Source: Alphaproteobacteria bacterium | Lineage (GTDB): Bacteria > Pseudomonadota > Alphaproteobacteria > UBA6615 | DNA length: 64,000 nt | Assembly (NCBI GenBank): GCA_038131445.1 | Contig: JAYPPL010000002.1 | Span: 826 to 64,825 of the forward strand | Direction: 5' to 3' | In this document: positions 31,589 to 42,078 of the stretch, one piece after another | Position numbering within the stretch: the first letter of the stretch is position 1 | Layout of the letters: the number at the start of each line of letters is the position of its first letter | Translations under genes and position numbers: made by a program | The notes under the pieces: generated by a model | Told to the model about the DNA's origin: nothing | The model's input: the letters and a program-made list of their open reading frames with translations, nothing else | Databases searched by the model: none

Positions 31589-32992
31589 ATGGCTCCGTCA
31601 GACCGCACCGGCTTCGCGCCGAATTCTCCCGCAGCGCGGGATATCGAGTACTACCTGCACCCCTTCACCAACCTGAAGGCGCACGAGAAGAACGGCCCCC
31701 TCATCGTCAACGAGGGCAAGGGCATCTATGTCTATGACGATCAGGGTAACGAGCTCATCGAGGGCATGGCGGGCCTGTGGTGCACGGCGCTGGGTTTCGG
31801 CGAAGAGCGGCTGGCCAAGGCCGCCTATGAGCAGATGCTTCGCTTGCCTTACATGCAGGGCTTCACTCACCGCTCCAACGAGGTGGCGATCGACCTGGCC
31901 GAGAAGCTAATCTCGATGGCGCCCAACAACATGGGCAAAGTGTTCTTCACCAACTCCGGCTCAGAAGCGAACGACACCCAGGTGAAGATCGTCTGGTACT
32001 ACAACAATGCCCGCGGCAAACCGGACAAGAAGAAAATCATCGGCCGCAAGAAGGCCTATCACGGCATCACGGTGGCATCGTCCAGCCTGACCGGCGTCGA
32101 TTACGCTCAGAAGGGCTTCGACGTGCCGCTCGACCGTTTCCTGCACGTCACCACGCCGCATTACTGGCGTGAGGGCCAGGACGGGGAGAGCGAGGACGAG
32201 TTCTCCACCCGCCTGGCGCAGGAACTGGACGATCTGATCCAGGCTGAAGGCCCAGACACGGTGGGCGCGTTCATCGCCGAGCCCGTAATGGGCGCAGGCG
32301 GGCTGATCCCGCCACCGGCTGGCTATTTCTCGAAGATCCAGGCGGTCCTGAAGAAGCACGACGTGCTGATGATCGCCGACGAGGTCATCACCGGCTTCAT
32401 GCGCACCGGCAACATGTTCGGCAGCGAAACCTACGACATCAAGCCGGACCTTATGTCCATCGCCAAGGCGCTGTCCTCGGCCTACCTGCCCATCGGCGCG
32501 GTCATGATGACCAACGATGTTTACGCGGTCCTGCGCGAGGGTGGCGACAAGTACGGCATGTGGAACACCGGCTATACCTATTCCGGCCACCCGGTCTGTG
32601 CCGCCGTGGCGCTGGAGACGCTGCGCATCTACGAGGAGCGCGACCTGCTGGGCCATGTGCGCTCCGTGATGGGCGGCTTCCAGGAGCAGATGCACGCCTT
32701 TGCCGACCACCCGCTGGTGGGCGAGGTACGCGGCGTCGGCCTGTTCGCGGGCTGGGAACTGACCCCGGATAAGGAAAGCAAGGGAACCTTCGACCCGGCG
32801 AGGCGCGTCGCCTTCCAGATGGCGTCCATGGCCCAGGCCAACGGCCTCATCATGCGCGCCCTGCCGTCGGACACGATTGCGCTCTGCCCGCCGCTGATCA
32901 TCACCGAAGGCGAGATCGAGGAGATGATCCGCCGCGCCGGCAAGACACTGGACGACATCTGGAAATGGGTCCAGGACGAGGGGCTGGTCTAG
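31589..32992 (+). CDS. class III (omega) aminotransferase, PLP-dependent
   Basis: FTNSGSEANDT, ADEVITGFMRTGNMFG, and SIAKALSSAYLPIGA (PLP lysine context). Confidence 0.92.
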   Translation: MAPSDRTGFAPNSPAARDIEYYLHPFTNLKAHEKNGPLIVNEGKGIYVYDDQGNELIEGMAGLWCTALGFGEERLAKAAYEQMLRLPYMQGFTHRSNEVAIDLAEKLISMAPNNMGKVFFTNSGSEANDTQVKIVWYYNNARGKPDKKKIIGRKKAYHGITVASSSLTGVDYAQKGFDVPLDRFLHVTTPHYWREGQDGESEDEFSTRLAQELDDLIQAEGPDTVGAFIAEPVMGAGGLIPPPAGYFSKIQAVLKKHDVLMIADEVITGFMRTGNMFGSETYDIKPDLMSIAKALSSAYLPIGAVMMTNDVYAVLREGGDKYGMWNTGYTYSGHPVCAAVALETLRIYEERDLLGHVRSVMGGFQEQMHAFADHPLVGEVRGVGLFAGWELTPDKESKGTFDPARRVAFQMASMAQANGLIMRALPSDTIALCPPLIITEGEIEEMIRRAGKTLDDIWKWVQDEGLV

Positions 32993-33099
32993 TCGAACCA
33001 AACCTCTCCCTGATGGAAAGGGTGGCGGGTACCAGCGAGCCGGGTGAGGGATCACGCTCTCACAGCTATATTACGGAGAGTGTTTAACTCCTAACCCCA

Positions 33100-33126
33100 A
33101 ACCCCTCTCCCCACGGGAGAGGGGTT
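33100..33126. repeat. GC-rich perfect hairpin (AACCCCTCTCC-N5-GGAGAGGGGTT), possible terminator or intergenic palindromic element
   Basis: 11-bp perfect stem seen directly. Lies 108 nt after the aminotransferase stop with no clear T-run. Weaker hairpins at 33053-33083 and 33003-33028. Confidence 0.4.
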
Positions 33127-33193
33127 ATTCGTGCCCCTACCGCGCTTCACCGATCCGAGCTAACCTTCTTTAAAATAAACGGGAGAAAACACT

Positions 33194-33616
33194 ATGAGCG
33201 AAGCAGTTGCATATGACGGCGCGGCCGCACCGGGTTACGAGGTCCGCCGCAAGGACGACCCGCAGTTCGTGAAAGGCCGCCGGAATTTCTTCGACTACGT
33301 AGACCTGGGCACCCAGGAGGCCAGCGACGGCAAAATCCGGGTCCAGATCACCCGCGCCAAGCAGGGGCTGGTGGAGCCGACCGGCTGGCACATCCACAAA
33401 TGTGAGGGCCAGTTCGTCTATATGCTGGACGGTTATCTCGACCTGTCCTTCGCCGACGGTACCGTGCGGCTAGAAGAAGGTGATTCCATCTTCATCCCGG
33501 GCGGCACGCCTCACAACGAGACCGGCACGTCGGACATGTTCAACCTGATAGAGATCTCGATCCCGGCGAAGATGGAAACCGAGCCCTGCGACCCACCGCC
33601 GGGAATGCCCGCCTGA
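33194..33616 (+). CDS. cupin domain-containing protein
   Basis: 140 aa; GWHIHKCEGQFVYMLDGYLDL...GDSIFIPGGTPHNE cupin motifs. Confidence 0.75.
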   Translation: MSEAVAYDGAAAPGYEVRRKDDPQFVKGRRNFFDYVDLGTQEASDGKIRVQITRAKQGLVEPTGWHIHKCEGQFVYMLDGYLDLSFADGTVRLEEGDSIFIPGGTPHNETGTSDMFNLIEISIPAKMETEPCDPPPGMPA

Positions 33617-33743
33617 AGGCATGGTAAAGGGCCTGCGGCGAGCCGCCGCGATAGAAAAAATTAACTATCCTGATATATAATCAGAAAATGCAACATGTCG
33701 GTGGCTTGCCCCGCCGTCCGGAATGGCGACCGGAATTCGGCTG

Positions 33744-34958
33744 ATGGATTACGAGAAGTTTTTTGCCGTGAACCTGAACGGCATGCGTGCCGTCGGGAAC
33801 TACCGCGAGTTCGCGGATCTGGAGCGTATCTCTGGCGATTTCCCGCGTGCGAAAAGGCATGTCGAGGGTGGCGGCACCCAGAATATCGTCGTCTGGTGCG
33901 CCAACGATTATCTGGGCATGGGACAACACCCCGAAGTGCTAGCGGCCATGCATGAGGCGCTGGACAAGTGTGGCGCCGGGGCCGGTGGCACCCGCAACAT
34001 CTCCGGCACCAACCACTATCACGTCCTCTTGGAAGAAGAGCTCGCGGATCTGCACCGCAAGGAAGCCGCGCTGCTATTCACCTCGGGCTATGTCGCCAAC
34101 TGGACGGCGCTCTCGACGCTAGCGTCGATGCTGCCCGAATGCCTGGTCCTCTCCGACGCGTTGAATCACAACTCGATGATCGAGGGCATCCGCCACGGCC
34201 GCTCGGAGAAAATGATCTTCCGCCACAACGACCCCGAGCACCTCGACCAGATCCTATCGAAGGTCAATCCCGACCGCCCCAAGCTGGTTGCGTTCGAATC
34301 TGTCTATTCGATGGACGGCGATATCGCGCCGATCAGGGAGATCGTCGAGGTCTCCGAAAAGCATAACGCGTTGACCTATCTGGATGAGGTGCACGCTGTC
34401 GGCATGTATGGCGAGCGCGGCGCAGGGGTCGCCGAGCGCGACGGCCTGATGCACCGTATCGACATCATCCAGGGCACTCTGGGGAAGGCCTTCGGCAATA
34501 TCGGCGGCTATATCGCCTCGACCGAAAAACTGGTGGATTTCGTACGTTCCAATGGTGCAGGCTTCATCTTCTCGACCTCGCTGCCGCCCCATGTGGCAGC
34601 GGGCGCACGCACGGCAATCCGGTTGCTGAAAGCCGATAACGCCATCCGCGAACGCCACCAGGAACGCGCGGCGATTCTGAAGGCGCGCCTGACCGCCGCC
34701 GGCATGGAAGTCATGCCGTCGGTCAGCCATATCGTGCCGGTCTTCGTGGGCGATGCACGCCTGTGCAAGATCGCCAGCGACGAACTGCTGGAAAGCCACG
34801 GCATCTACGTGCAGCCGATCAACTACCCGACCGTGCCGCGCGGCACAGAGCGTCTGCGCATCGCGCCGACGCCGCTGCATGACGACGCGATGATGGATGA
34901 CCTCGTCGCCGCCTTCGAGGACGTCTGGACCCGTCTGAACCTGCGCTCCGCAGCCTGA
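33744..34958 (+). CDS. hemA: 5-aminolevulinate synthase
   Basis: MDYEKFF start. [37 protein letters not shown], and TLGKAFG (PLP lysine). Confidence 0.95.
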   Translation: MDYEKFFAVNLNGMRAVGNYREFADLERISGDFPRAKRHVEGGGTQNIVVWCANDYLGMGQHPEVLAAMHEALDKCGAGAGGTRNISGTNHYHVLLEEELADLHRKEAALLFTSGYVANWTALSTLASMLPECLVLSDALNHNSMIEGIRHGRSEKMIFRHNDPEHLDQILSKVNPDRPKLVAFESVYSMDGDIAPIREIVEVSEKHNALTYLDEVHAVGMYGERGAGVAERDGLMHRIDIIQGTLGKAFGNIGGYIASTEKLVDFVRSNGAGFIFSTSLPPHVAAGARTAIRLLKADNAIRERHQERAAILKARLTAAGMEVMPSVSHIVPVFVGDARLCKIASDELLESHGIYVQPINYPTVPRGTERLRIAPTPLHDDAMMDDLVAAFEDVWTRLNLRSAA

Positions 34959-35034
34959 TTTCGAGCGGAGGCGGCTTCAACCGGCGACAAATCCGATTGA
35001 GTTGAGAATCGTTCGCAGATAGAATTCCTGCACC

Positions 35035-35565
35035 ATGTATCGCGACAAGACATTGATCCCCAGCGAGGCCATCAGGCTGTGCATGTTAGGATCGCTGGCG
35101 CTCCAGCCCTTCACCTACGCCGAACTGGCCCGGGAAGTGCGCGCGTTCACCAGCCGCATCGCCGGCCCGTCGCTGGACATGATGGGCTCATCCATTGAGT
35201 TACTGCACGCCGAAGGTCTGGTCCGCCCGGTCGCGGACAAACCGGACCCCGCGAACGAGACGCTGGAACTTACGGATGAAGGCCGCGCGGAGCTGCGCGA
35301 ATTGCTGATCTCCAACGTACGCAGCCCCGTAGATGGGGTCTCACAGCTGATCTTCGCGCTGAAGCTGCGCTTCCTGCACCTGCTCCCGAACGAGGACGCC
35401 CACGACCAGATCGTGCGGATGCGGGAAATCAGCGAAACCGAACGTGCGCGCCTGCTGGATCTCAAGGCCCGCTACGGAGACGAACCCGGCCGTTTCGATG
35501 CCTGGCTCGACCTGGAACTGACCCAGGTCGAGGATAGGCTCGAATGGCTAGAACGGTTGGGCTGA
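35035..35565 (+). CDS. putative PadR-like winged-helix regulator
   Basis: N-terminal LCMLGSLALQPFTYAELAREV...IELLHAEGLV loosely fits PadR. C-terminal helical domain. Weak call. Confidence 0.45.
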   Translation: MYRDKTLIPSEAIRLCMLGSLALQPFTYAELAREVRAFTSRIAGPSLDMMGSSIELLHAEGLVRPVADKPDPANETLELTDEGRAELRELLISNVRSPVDGVSQLIFALKLRFLHLLPNEDAHDQIVRMREISETERARLLDLKARYGDEPGRFDAWLDLELTQVEDRLEWLERLG

Positions 35566-35574
35566 GCCTCGCCG

Positions 35575-36126
35575 TTATTCGGCCGCCTCCGGCCAGGCGC
35601 CTGCCGCTTTCAGACGCTCCACCGATTCCGGTGAGAATTCCGCGCCCGGCGTATCGCCGCCGATGACGCCGAGAATCATGCCCTTTTCATCACCGGGACG
35701 GGCCGCCCTGCACTCGAACCGACGCTGGATACCCGGCGGAAAGGACACGACGTCGCTCTCTTCCAGGATGACATGGTCGTCACCGTCATCGCCTTCCCAT
35801 TCGAACATCCAGGTGCCCTGCATCACCACGAAGGTCTCGTTGGTGTCATGGGTGTGCATCATTACGCCCTGGCCCGGCTTCGCGGAGACATACCCCATGC
35901 CGAAACCCGGTTTCAGGTGGGAGATAAAGGGCTTGGCCTCATCGCCGATGGGCGAGTAGGTCTCCGAGCCTTCCGGCTGCTGGAACCCGATCACATTCCG
36001 GAACGTGCGGTAGAACCCGTCAACCTTCTGGTCCGGCAGGCCACCATCCGTGGATGCCAGATCCCTGAACCGCGCAACGCATTTCAAAACCTCGTCCTTT
36101 CTCGGACGGAAGACATCAATTGGCAT
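35575..36126 (-). CDS. cupin domain-containing protein
   Basis: ATG 36126. GQGVMMHTHDTNETFVVMQGTWMFEW...SDVVSFPPGIQRRFE. The upstream part of ORF 35575..36372 is Arg/Ser-rich and not coding-like. Confidence 0.7.
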   Translation of the reverse strand: MPIDVFRPRKDEVLKCVARFRDLASTDGGLPDQKVDGFYRTFRNVIGFQQPEGSETYSPIGDEAKPFISHLKPGFGMGYVSAKPGQGVMMHTHDTNETFVVMQGTWMFEWEGDDGDDHVILEESDVVSFPPGIQRRFECRAARPGDEKGMILGVIGGDTPGAEFSPESVERLKAAGAWPEAAE

Positions 36127-36217
36127 GGCGCTTCTCCTCAATTGTTTGTTGGGAACAGGATAGCGCGATCGGCATCCAGCCAAAATCACCGGATTGCACG
36201 CCAGCCATGAACTCCGG

Positions 36218-36994
36218 TCAGTACAGGTGCTGGCCGCCGGTGACGAAAATCTCGGTCCCTGTGACATAGCCGAAGTCCGGGCAGCAAAGCTGATAGACTG
36301 TTGCCGCCACCTCCTCCGCCGAGCCCATGCGCCGCATCGGGATGCGGTTGACCAGCGGTTCGTACTCATCACCGATCATCTCGGTCTCGATCTCGCCCGG
36401 CGCGACAGCATTCACGCGGACATTCAACTCCGCGAACTCCACTGCCATTTCTCGTGTTAACGCGGATAGAGCGGCCTTCGATGTCGAATAGGCCGACCCG
36501 GCGAAGGGATGAATGGCGTGCCCGGCGATCGAGGTGATGTTGACGATGGCCGCGCCGCCGCCCGCATCGGGTTCAATCTCATCTGCCTTGCCCGCTTTCG
36601 CCAGCGCCGCCGCGAAGCCGCGGCCGAGCGCCAGCGGCGCAAATAAATTGAGCTGAAAGACCTCGCGCCAGTCGTCGATCGGCCCGTTCAGGCAGCCGAG
36701 GCGCTCCTGAAACTCCGCCTTGGGGGATACGGCGGCGTTGTTGACCAGCGCGTTGAGCGGTGTGGCACCTAGGATCTCGGACGCTTCCGCGATGAACCGT
36801 TCCACATCCGCCGGATCTGCGAGGTCTGTCGGAATGTGCGATGTCCAGTTCGGATCACGCTTGCAGTGTTCAGGTACGGGGTCACGCGAGCAGGTGATGA
36901 TCTGCCAGCCCTCGTCGGAGAACCGCTTCACCGTCGCGTGGCCGATACCTCGGCTCGCGCCGGTCAGGATCACAGATCGCCGGAGTGTGCTCAT
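36218..36994 (-). CDS. SDR family oxidoreductase
   Basis: ATG 36994. TGASRGIGHA, NNAA, and the YSTSKAAL catalytic motif. Confidence 0.88.
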   Translation of the reverse strand: MSTLRRSVILTGASRGIGHATVKRFSDEGWQIITCSRDPVPEHCKRDPNWTSHIPTDLADPADVERFIAEASEILGATPLNALVNNAAVSPKAEFQERLGCLNGPIDDWREVFQLNLFAPLALGRGFAAALAKAGKADEIEPDAGGGAAIVNITSIAGHAIHPFAGSAYSTSKAALSALTREMAVEFAELNVRVNAVAPGEIETEMIGDEYEPLVNRIPMRRMGSAEEVAATVYQLCCPDFGYVTGTEIFVTGGQHLY

Positions 36995-37030
36995 ACTCCA
37001 CAGGTAGCCCACTTGAGACGAGTAGGAAAG

Positions 37031-37312
37031 TCAGTGATGCGTGTGGTTTTTAATGAAATGCTGCAGCACCGCAACCAGCTTGGCGATGTGCTTATGGTTG
37101 CCGTGCTGCCGCGCCGTCTCGATATCGTCGATGATCATGCGCTCAAGCCGCGCCTCGCCGTCTGGCGTGGGGCACAGATACTGTCCCATCTCCATCGCGG
37201 CCAGCTCGGGCACAGGGTCGTGCTCGGCAATCGCCGCAACCTCATCCCCGCTCAGTTCGCACAGCGCGAGACAGTCTTCTCGCGTCGGCATCGTTATTCT
37301 GCTCAACAGCAT
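37031..37312 (-). CDS. small hypothetical protein (His-rich C-terminus)
   Basis: GC3-rich ORF; ...EDCLALCELSGDEVAAIAEHDPVPELAAMEMGQYL...HFIKNHTHH. Start at 37312 or ATG 37291. Family not recognised. Confidence 0.5.
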   Translation of the reverse strand: MLLSRITMPTREDCLALCELSGDEVAAIAEHDPVPELAAMEMGQYLCPTPDGEARLERMIIDDIETARQHGNHKHIAKLVAVLQHFIKNHTHH

Positions 37313-37388
37313 TCAGCAAAACAGTATGATCGAACGGTTGCAGCCCGCGGTGGGATAGATCAAACCAGCGGCCGCCCGGCACAGGAAC

Positions 37389-37970
37389 TCAGGGTTGCAG
37401 CCGCTGCTCGCGCCAACCGCCCACCGCGCGGTCGAAGACCTGACGGTCGTGCAGCCGGTTCGGGCGGTCGGTCCAGAACTCGATCCGGTCAGGCACCACA
37501 CGGAAACCCGACCAGTGCGGCGGCCGCGGCACGTCGGCACCGTCGTATTCAGCTGTCACCGCACGCACCCGTTCTTCCAAGGTCTCGCGCGAATCCACCG
37601 GCCTCGACTGTTCGGATGCCCAGGCCCCGATCTGGCTGCCGCGTTGGCGTGAGGCGAAATAGGCATCGGCTTCGGCATCGCTCACAGGTTCGGCCCGCCC
37701 ATCGACCCGGACCTGGCGGCCCAGTGATTTCCAGTAGAAACACAAGGAGGCATTCGGATTGCCTAGCAGTTCGCGCCCCTTTTGACTGGTGTAATTCGTA
37801 TAGAAAACAAAGCCCCGGCCGTCGCATCCCTTGAGCAAGACCATGCGCGTGGATGGCCTGCCGTCTGCCGAGACGGTCGCCAGCGCCATCGCGTTGGGAT
37901 TGTTCGGCTCTGACGCTTCTGCATCGCGAAGCCAGGCACCGAACTGGGAAAAAGGGTCGAGCGGGGACAT
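37389..37970 (-). CDS. pdxH: pyridoxamine 5-prime-phosphate oxidase
   Basis: [24 protein letters not shown]...[12 protein letters not shown]...RIEFW...RLHDR...W..QRLQP. Confidence 0.93.
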   Translation of the reverse strand: MSPLDPFSQFGAWLRDAEASEPNNPNAMALATVSADGRPSTRMVLLKGCDGRGFVFYTNYTSQKGRELLGNPNASLCFYWKSLGRQVRVDGRAEPVSDAEADAYFASRQRGSQIGAWASEQSRPVDSRETLEERVRAVTAEYDGADVPRPPHWSGFRVVPDRIEFWTDRPNRLHDRQVFDRAVGGWREQRLQP

Positions 37971-38120
37971 GCCTTAATTTCGCCTTCAAACAAAAATTGA
38001 ATGAGTGTAATGCAGATTATAGCCGAACGGGCTCTCGCTCCCTACGTAGGAAAATAGACTTCCGACACCGGCTCCGCGAGGGGCTCGAGAATCGTTAGAG
38101 GCAATTCGAGGGACTAAACC

Positions 38121-38594
38121 ATGGTTAAGAAAGCAATCGTGCCGATTGTCGCCGCAACACTCGCTCTCGGGGCTTGCGACGGCTCCGGACAGAAACAGAC
38201 TGCCGGAACCATTCTTGGTGGCGTCGGCGGTGCCATCCTCGGCTCCCAGATCGGTAGTGGCTCGGGTCAAATCATCGCGGTAGCCATCGGCACACTGGCC
38301 GGTACCATGCTCGGCAGTGAGATCGGCAAGTCGCTCGACAAGGCAGACCAGGCCGCCATGGCGAACGCCGAACAGCAGGCGCACACCGCGCCCGTCGGCC
38401 AGACCATCGCGTGGAACAACCCGGATTCGGGCAACTCCGGCACCGTCACACCAGTGCGTGACGGTCGCAACACCCAAACCGGCGCCTATTGCCGCGAGTA
38501 CCAGACGACCGTTACCGTCGGCGGCCGTCAGGAGGAAGCCTACGGCACCGCCTGCCAGCAGACGGACGGTAGCTGGAAGATCGTCAATTCCTGA
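38121..38594 (+). CDS. 17-kDa surface antigen / glycine-zipper outer-membrane lipoprotein
   Basis: Lipobox LALGAC. Glycine zipper GGVGGAILGSQIGSGSG. C-terminal YCREYQTTVTVGGRQEEAYGTACQQTDGSW. Confidence 0.8.
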   Translation: MVKKAIVPIVAATLALGACDGSGQKQTAGTILGGVGGAILGSQIGSGSGQIIAVAIGTLAGTMLGSEIGKSLDKADQAAMANAEQQAHTAPVGQTIAWNNPDSGNSGTVTPVRDGRNTQTGAYCREYQTTVTVGGRQEEAYGTACQQTDGSWKIVNS

Positions 38595-38621
38595 TCGAAC
38601 CGAATTTTCGCAACACCTGTC

Positions 38622-39437
38622 TCAGGCCGTCCTTTCAAGGACCGCCTGAATTGCGCCGAGACGTCCGTCCGAAAAATTGGCACGCAGGTTCCCGACCATC
38701 TTTGGAAATTCGTCGCCTATGAGGCTCCTGAGGCTCGGCCCGCCGCCCCCGCGCGGCGGCTTTGCACTCTCGAGCCAGTCGCGGGCGAACTCCGTTTCGT
38801 CATCCCACACACAGACGCCCCATCCGGCATCGGCGAGAACTTGCTTAAGGCCGTCGGCGGTCACGAGGTGGCTGTTGGTCCTATCGCGTGACCAGGGAAC
38901 CGGATAGTCGAGCGGCGCTGCATTATTCTCACCCGCTACCACGTCGAAGAGAGCCAGCCGTCCACCCGGCCGCACAATCCGCAACAATTCGGCGTAGAGT
39001 GCATCACGCGCGGAGATGTTCATTGCCACGTGCTCGGTCCAAACGCCATCAAAGGCATCGTCGGCAAAGGGCAGCCGCATCGCATCCGCCGCGCAGAACC
39101 GCGTGCTCCCACCAAGCCCATTTCGACGCGACAGCGCCTGCGCGACCCGGCAAAAACCCGGTGTCAGGTCGATCCCGGTGACGTCCCAGCCTTGCGCGTC
39201 GGCGAGCTGGCGCGCCGGCCCGCCCAGTCCCGAGCCGACATCCAGCACCCGTGCGCCCGGCGCGAGGCCAGCCTTTTCAGCGAGACGCTGCGTGGCGGCC
39301 GCGCCACCCACATGGAAATGATCAAGCGCCGGGTCAATCTGGCAATCATTCGAAGCGATCTCTACAAGCACGGCCTCGACAGCAGAGGGACGTTCGTAGT
39401 GTTCACGAACAGCCCAGTCGTCAGCCGATGCGCTCAC
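38622..39437 (-). CDS. class I SAM-dependent methyltransferase
   Basis: VLDVGSGLGGPARQLA motif I, then FDGVWTEHVAMNI...RIVRPGGRLALFD. GTG 39437 overlaps the upstream stop as GTGA. Confidence 0.8.
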   Translation of the reverse strand: MSASADDWAVREHYERPSAVEAVLVEIASNDCQIDPALDHFHVGGAAATQRLAEKAGLAPGARVLDVGSGLGGPARQLADAQGWDVTGIDLTPGFCRVAQALSRRNGLGGSTRFCAADAMRLPFADDAFDGVWTEHVAMNISARDALYAELLRIVRPGGRLALFDVVAGENNAAPLDYPVPWSRDRTNSHLVTADGLKQVLADAGWGVCVWDDETEFARDWLESAKPPRGGGGPSLRSLIGDEFPKMVGNLRANFSDGRLGAIQAVLERTA

Positions 39438-39736
39438 GACTCGCCGCTCACAACCCAGGGCATCGCCTCGGCGGCACGCGCCCGGGCAATTATCTGCTTG
39501 ACCGGCGCGCACAGGATCTCGTCGCGCGCAGGCAGGGCGACCAATTCGCTCACCGGGTTGGACGAGTGCGACTCCTCGTTATGTTCGCGATAGGGCTTAC
39601 CGAGTCTATGACCCAGCACAGAATACAGGTCGGAAGCGGTGAACACTTTCAGATCGCGGATAACGACAGGTGCATCTGACTCAGCGCGTGCGAAGGCGAA
39701 TTCGTCGCGGAGCCTATCGAGTCGGATGTCGGTCAT
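39434..39736 (-). CDS. hypothetical protein (100 aa)
   Basis: ATG 39736 with GC3-rich codons. Translationally coupled to the methyltransferase. No family recognised. Confidence 0.5.
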   Translation of the reverse strand: MTDIRLDRLRDEFAFARAESDAPVVIRDLKVFTASDLYSVLGHRLGKPYREHNEESHSSNPVSELVALPARDEILCAPVKQIIARARAAEAMPWVVSGES

Positions 39737-39883
39737 GTCCTGGTTATGTTGTTAAGCTCTAAGTCTATCATAATAAATGCGAAAACGTGCTAGCCGGTTC
39801 AGCAGGGCGCGGCCTTGCCGGGGCAAGGGGTTGGTGTAGGATACCTGCCACGTCGAGAAAACTCTCGGAACGGTGGGGATCAC

Positions 39884-40747
39884 ATGAGTGCTGGATCGCA
39901 ACTGATGGCCGGAAAGCGCGGCCTCATCATGGGTGTCGCCAACGACCGCTCGATCGCCTGGGGCATTGCCAAGGCCGTCGCGGACCAGGGCGGCGAAGTG
40001 GCCTTCACCTTTCAGGGCGAAGCGCTGGAGAAGCGGGTCCGGCCGCTGGCGGAATCGGTCGGCGCGAACCTGATCCTGCCCTGCGACGTCACCGACGCGG
40101 CGAGCATGGATGCACTGTTCGATACGCTGAAGAACAAATGGGGTAGCCTCGACTTCGTTGTCCACGCTATCGCCTATTCCGACAAGGAAGAACTCAAGGG
40201 CCGTTATGTCGACACCTCGCGGGAAAACTTCCTGCGATCACTAGATATCTCCTGTTTCTCCTTCACCGATGTCTGCGCGCGCGCCTCGACCATCATGCCC
40301 GAGGGTGGCAGCCTGCTTACGCTGACCTATTACGGCGCCGAGCGCGTGATGCCCCACTACAACGTTATGGGCGTGGCCAAGGCGGCACTGGAAGCCAGCG
40401 TGCGCTACATGGCCGTCGATCTGGGAGGACAGGGCATCCGGGTAAACGCTATCTCCGCCGGCCCCATCAAGACGCTGGCGGCCAGCGGCATCGGCGACTT
40501 CCGCTACATCCTGAAATGGAACGAGTTGAATGCCCCGCTGAAGCGCAATGTCACGACGGATGACGTGGGCGGCGCGGGCCTTTACCTGCTCTCCGATCTG
40601 GGCTCGGGCGTGTCCGGCGAGATCCACCATGTTGACAGCGGGTATAACGTAGTGGGGATGGTCGCGGTGGACGCTGCGGCCGAAGTCGCCAACCTGCTAT
40701 CGGGTCTAAAGACTAGACAACGGCGACTAAGCAACAGGAGCACCGCC
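39884..40747 (+). CDS. fabI: enoyl-ACP reductase FabI (no in-frame stop; reads through into aroC as given)
   Basis: [25 protein letters not shown]..., [27 protein letters not shown], and [14 protein letters not shown]. The frame stays open from ...[32 protein letters not shown] directly into the aroC ATG at 40748. Confidence 0.9.
40736..40740 (+). promoter_or_regulatory. Shine-Dalgarno (AGGAG) for aroC
   Basis: AGGAG lies 7 nt upstream of ATG 40748, inside the read-through tail of fabI. Confidence 0.6.
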
Positions 40748-41893
40748 ATGGCCGGCAACAGCTTCGGCCAGATTTTCCGCTTCACCACATGGGGTGAGAG
40801 CCACGGGCCGGCCATCGGCGTCGTCGTCGATGGCGTACCGCCGCACGTGCCGTTCACCGAGGCCGATGCGCAGGTCCATCTGGACCGCCGCCGCCCCGGC
40901 CAGTCGCGCTTCACCACCCAGCGCCAGGAACCGGACGCAGTGAAGATCATGTCCGGCGTGTTCGAGGGCGTGACCACCGGCACCCCGGTGGCGATGATGC
41001 TCGAGAACGTGGACCAGCGCTCGAAGGACTATTCCAAGATCGCGGCCAGGTACCGGCCCGGCCACGCCGACTACACCTATGACGCCAAGTACGGCATCCG
41101 CGATTATCGTGGCGGCGGGCGGTCGTCGGCGCGTGAGACCGCGAGCCGGGTCGCCGCCGGAGCGCTGGCCCGCAAGGTGATCGACGCGCTCACCGGCGGT
41201 GCGGTTGAAATTCGTGGCGCGCTGGTGCAGATCGGTGAGATGGCGGTCACCGGTGACGCCCGCGACTGGGCCCATGCCGGCGAGAACGCGTTGTGGTGCC
41301 CGGACCCGAACATGACGCCCCAGTGGGAGACCTATCTGGATGAGGTCCGCAAGGCCGGCTCCTCGGTCGGCGCGGTGATCGAGATCGTCGCCTCGGGCGT
41401 GCCCGTCGGGCTGGGCGAGCCGATCTACGGCAAGATCGATTCCGACCTGGCCGCCGCCATGATGACCATCAACGCGGTCAAGGGCGTGGAGATCGGCGCG
41501 GGCATGGGCGCGGCCGCCCTGACCGGCGAGCAGAACGCCGACGAGATGCGGATGAACACCGGCAGCAATGGCGGCGACGTCACCTTCGGGTCCAACAATG
41601 CCGGCGGCGTGCTGGGCGGCATCACCACCGGGCAGGACCTCGTGGTGCGCTTCGCCGTGAAGCCGACCAGTTCGATCCTCGCCCCGCGCGCCACCGTCAG
41701 CCGCGACGGCACGGACACCGATGTGTCCACCAGGGGCCGCCACGACCCGTGCGTGGGCATCCGCGCCGTGCCCGTGGGCGAGGCCATGATGGCGACCGTG
41801 ATCGCCGACCATCTGCTGCGCCACCGCGCCCAGATCGGCGCCTTCGGCTCCCAGAACCCTTTTTGCGAGAGGCAGGCCAAGTCGGCAAAATAA
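40748..41893 (+). CDS. aroC: chorismate synthase
   Basis: [24 protein letters not shown]..., [26 protein letters not shown], and GRHDPCVG. Confidence 0.95.
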   Translation: MAGNSFGQIFRFTTWGESHGPAIGVVVDGVPPHVPFTEADAQVHLDRRRPGQSRFTTQRQEPDAVKIMSGVFEGVTTGTPVAMMLENVDQRSKDYSKIAARYRPGHADYTYDAKYGIRDYRGGGRSSARETASRVAAGALARKVIDALTGGAVEIRGALVQIGEMAVTGDARDWAHAGENALWCPDPNMTPQWETYLDEVRKAGSSVGAVIEIVASGVPVGLGEPIYGKIDSDLAAAMMTINAVKGVEIGAGMGAAALTGEQNADEMRMNTGSNGGDVTFGSNNAGGVLGGITTGQDLVVRFAVKPTSSILAPRATVSRDGTDTDVSTRGRHDPCVGIRAVPVGEAMMATVIADHLLRHRAQIGAFGSQNPFCERQAKSAK

Positions 41894-42078
41894 GGTTTCA
41901 TGACAAAAGCCTTCTCCTCCCGGGGAGGAGATGAGGGAACCGGGCGTATCTTCGCGGGGTCCGGAAAACAGCCAGAGCGCAACGATTCACCCGGTCTATC
42001 ACCCTCGCCGGGTTTTGGCATGCATGACTTTTTGACCCGCTTATACTCCCCGCAAACACATCAAGGGGGAGAGCCCGC

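Noticed and set aside
33670-33684. Palindrome CTGAT-ATATA-ATCAG in the AT-rich hemA upstream region as an FNR/CRP-type box
   Set aside because: The half-sites and 5-nt spacer do not match TTGAT-N4-ATCAA. I cannot support a specific regulator from sequence alone.
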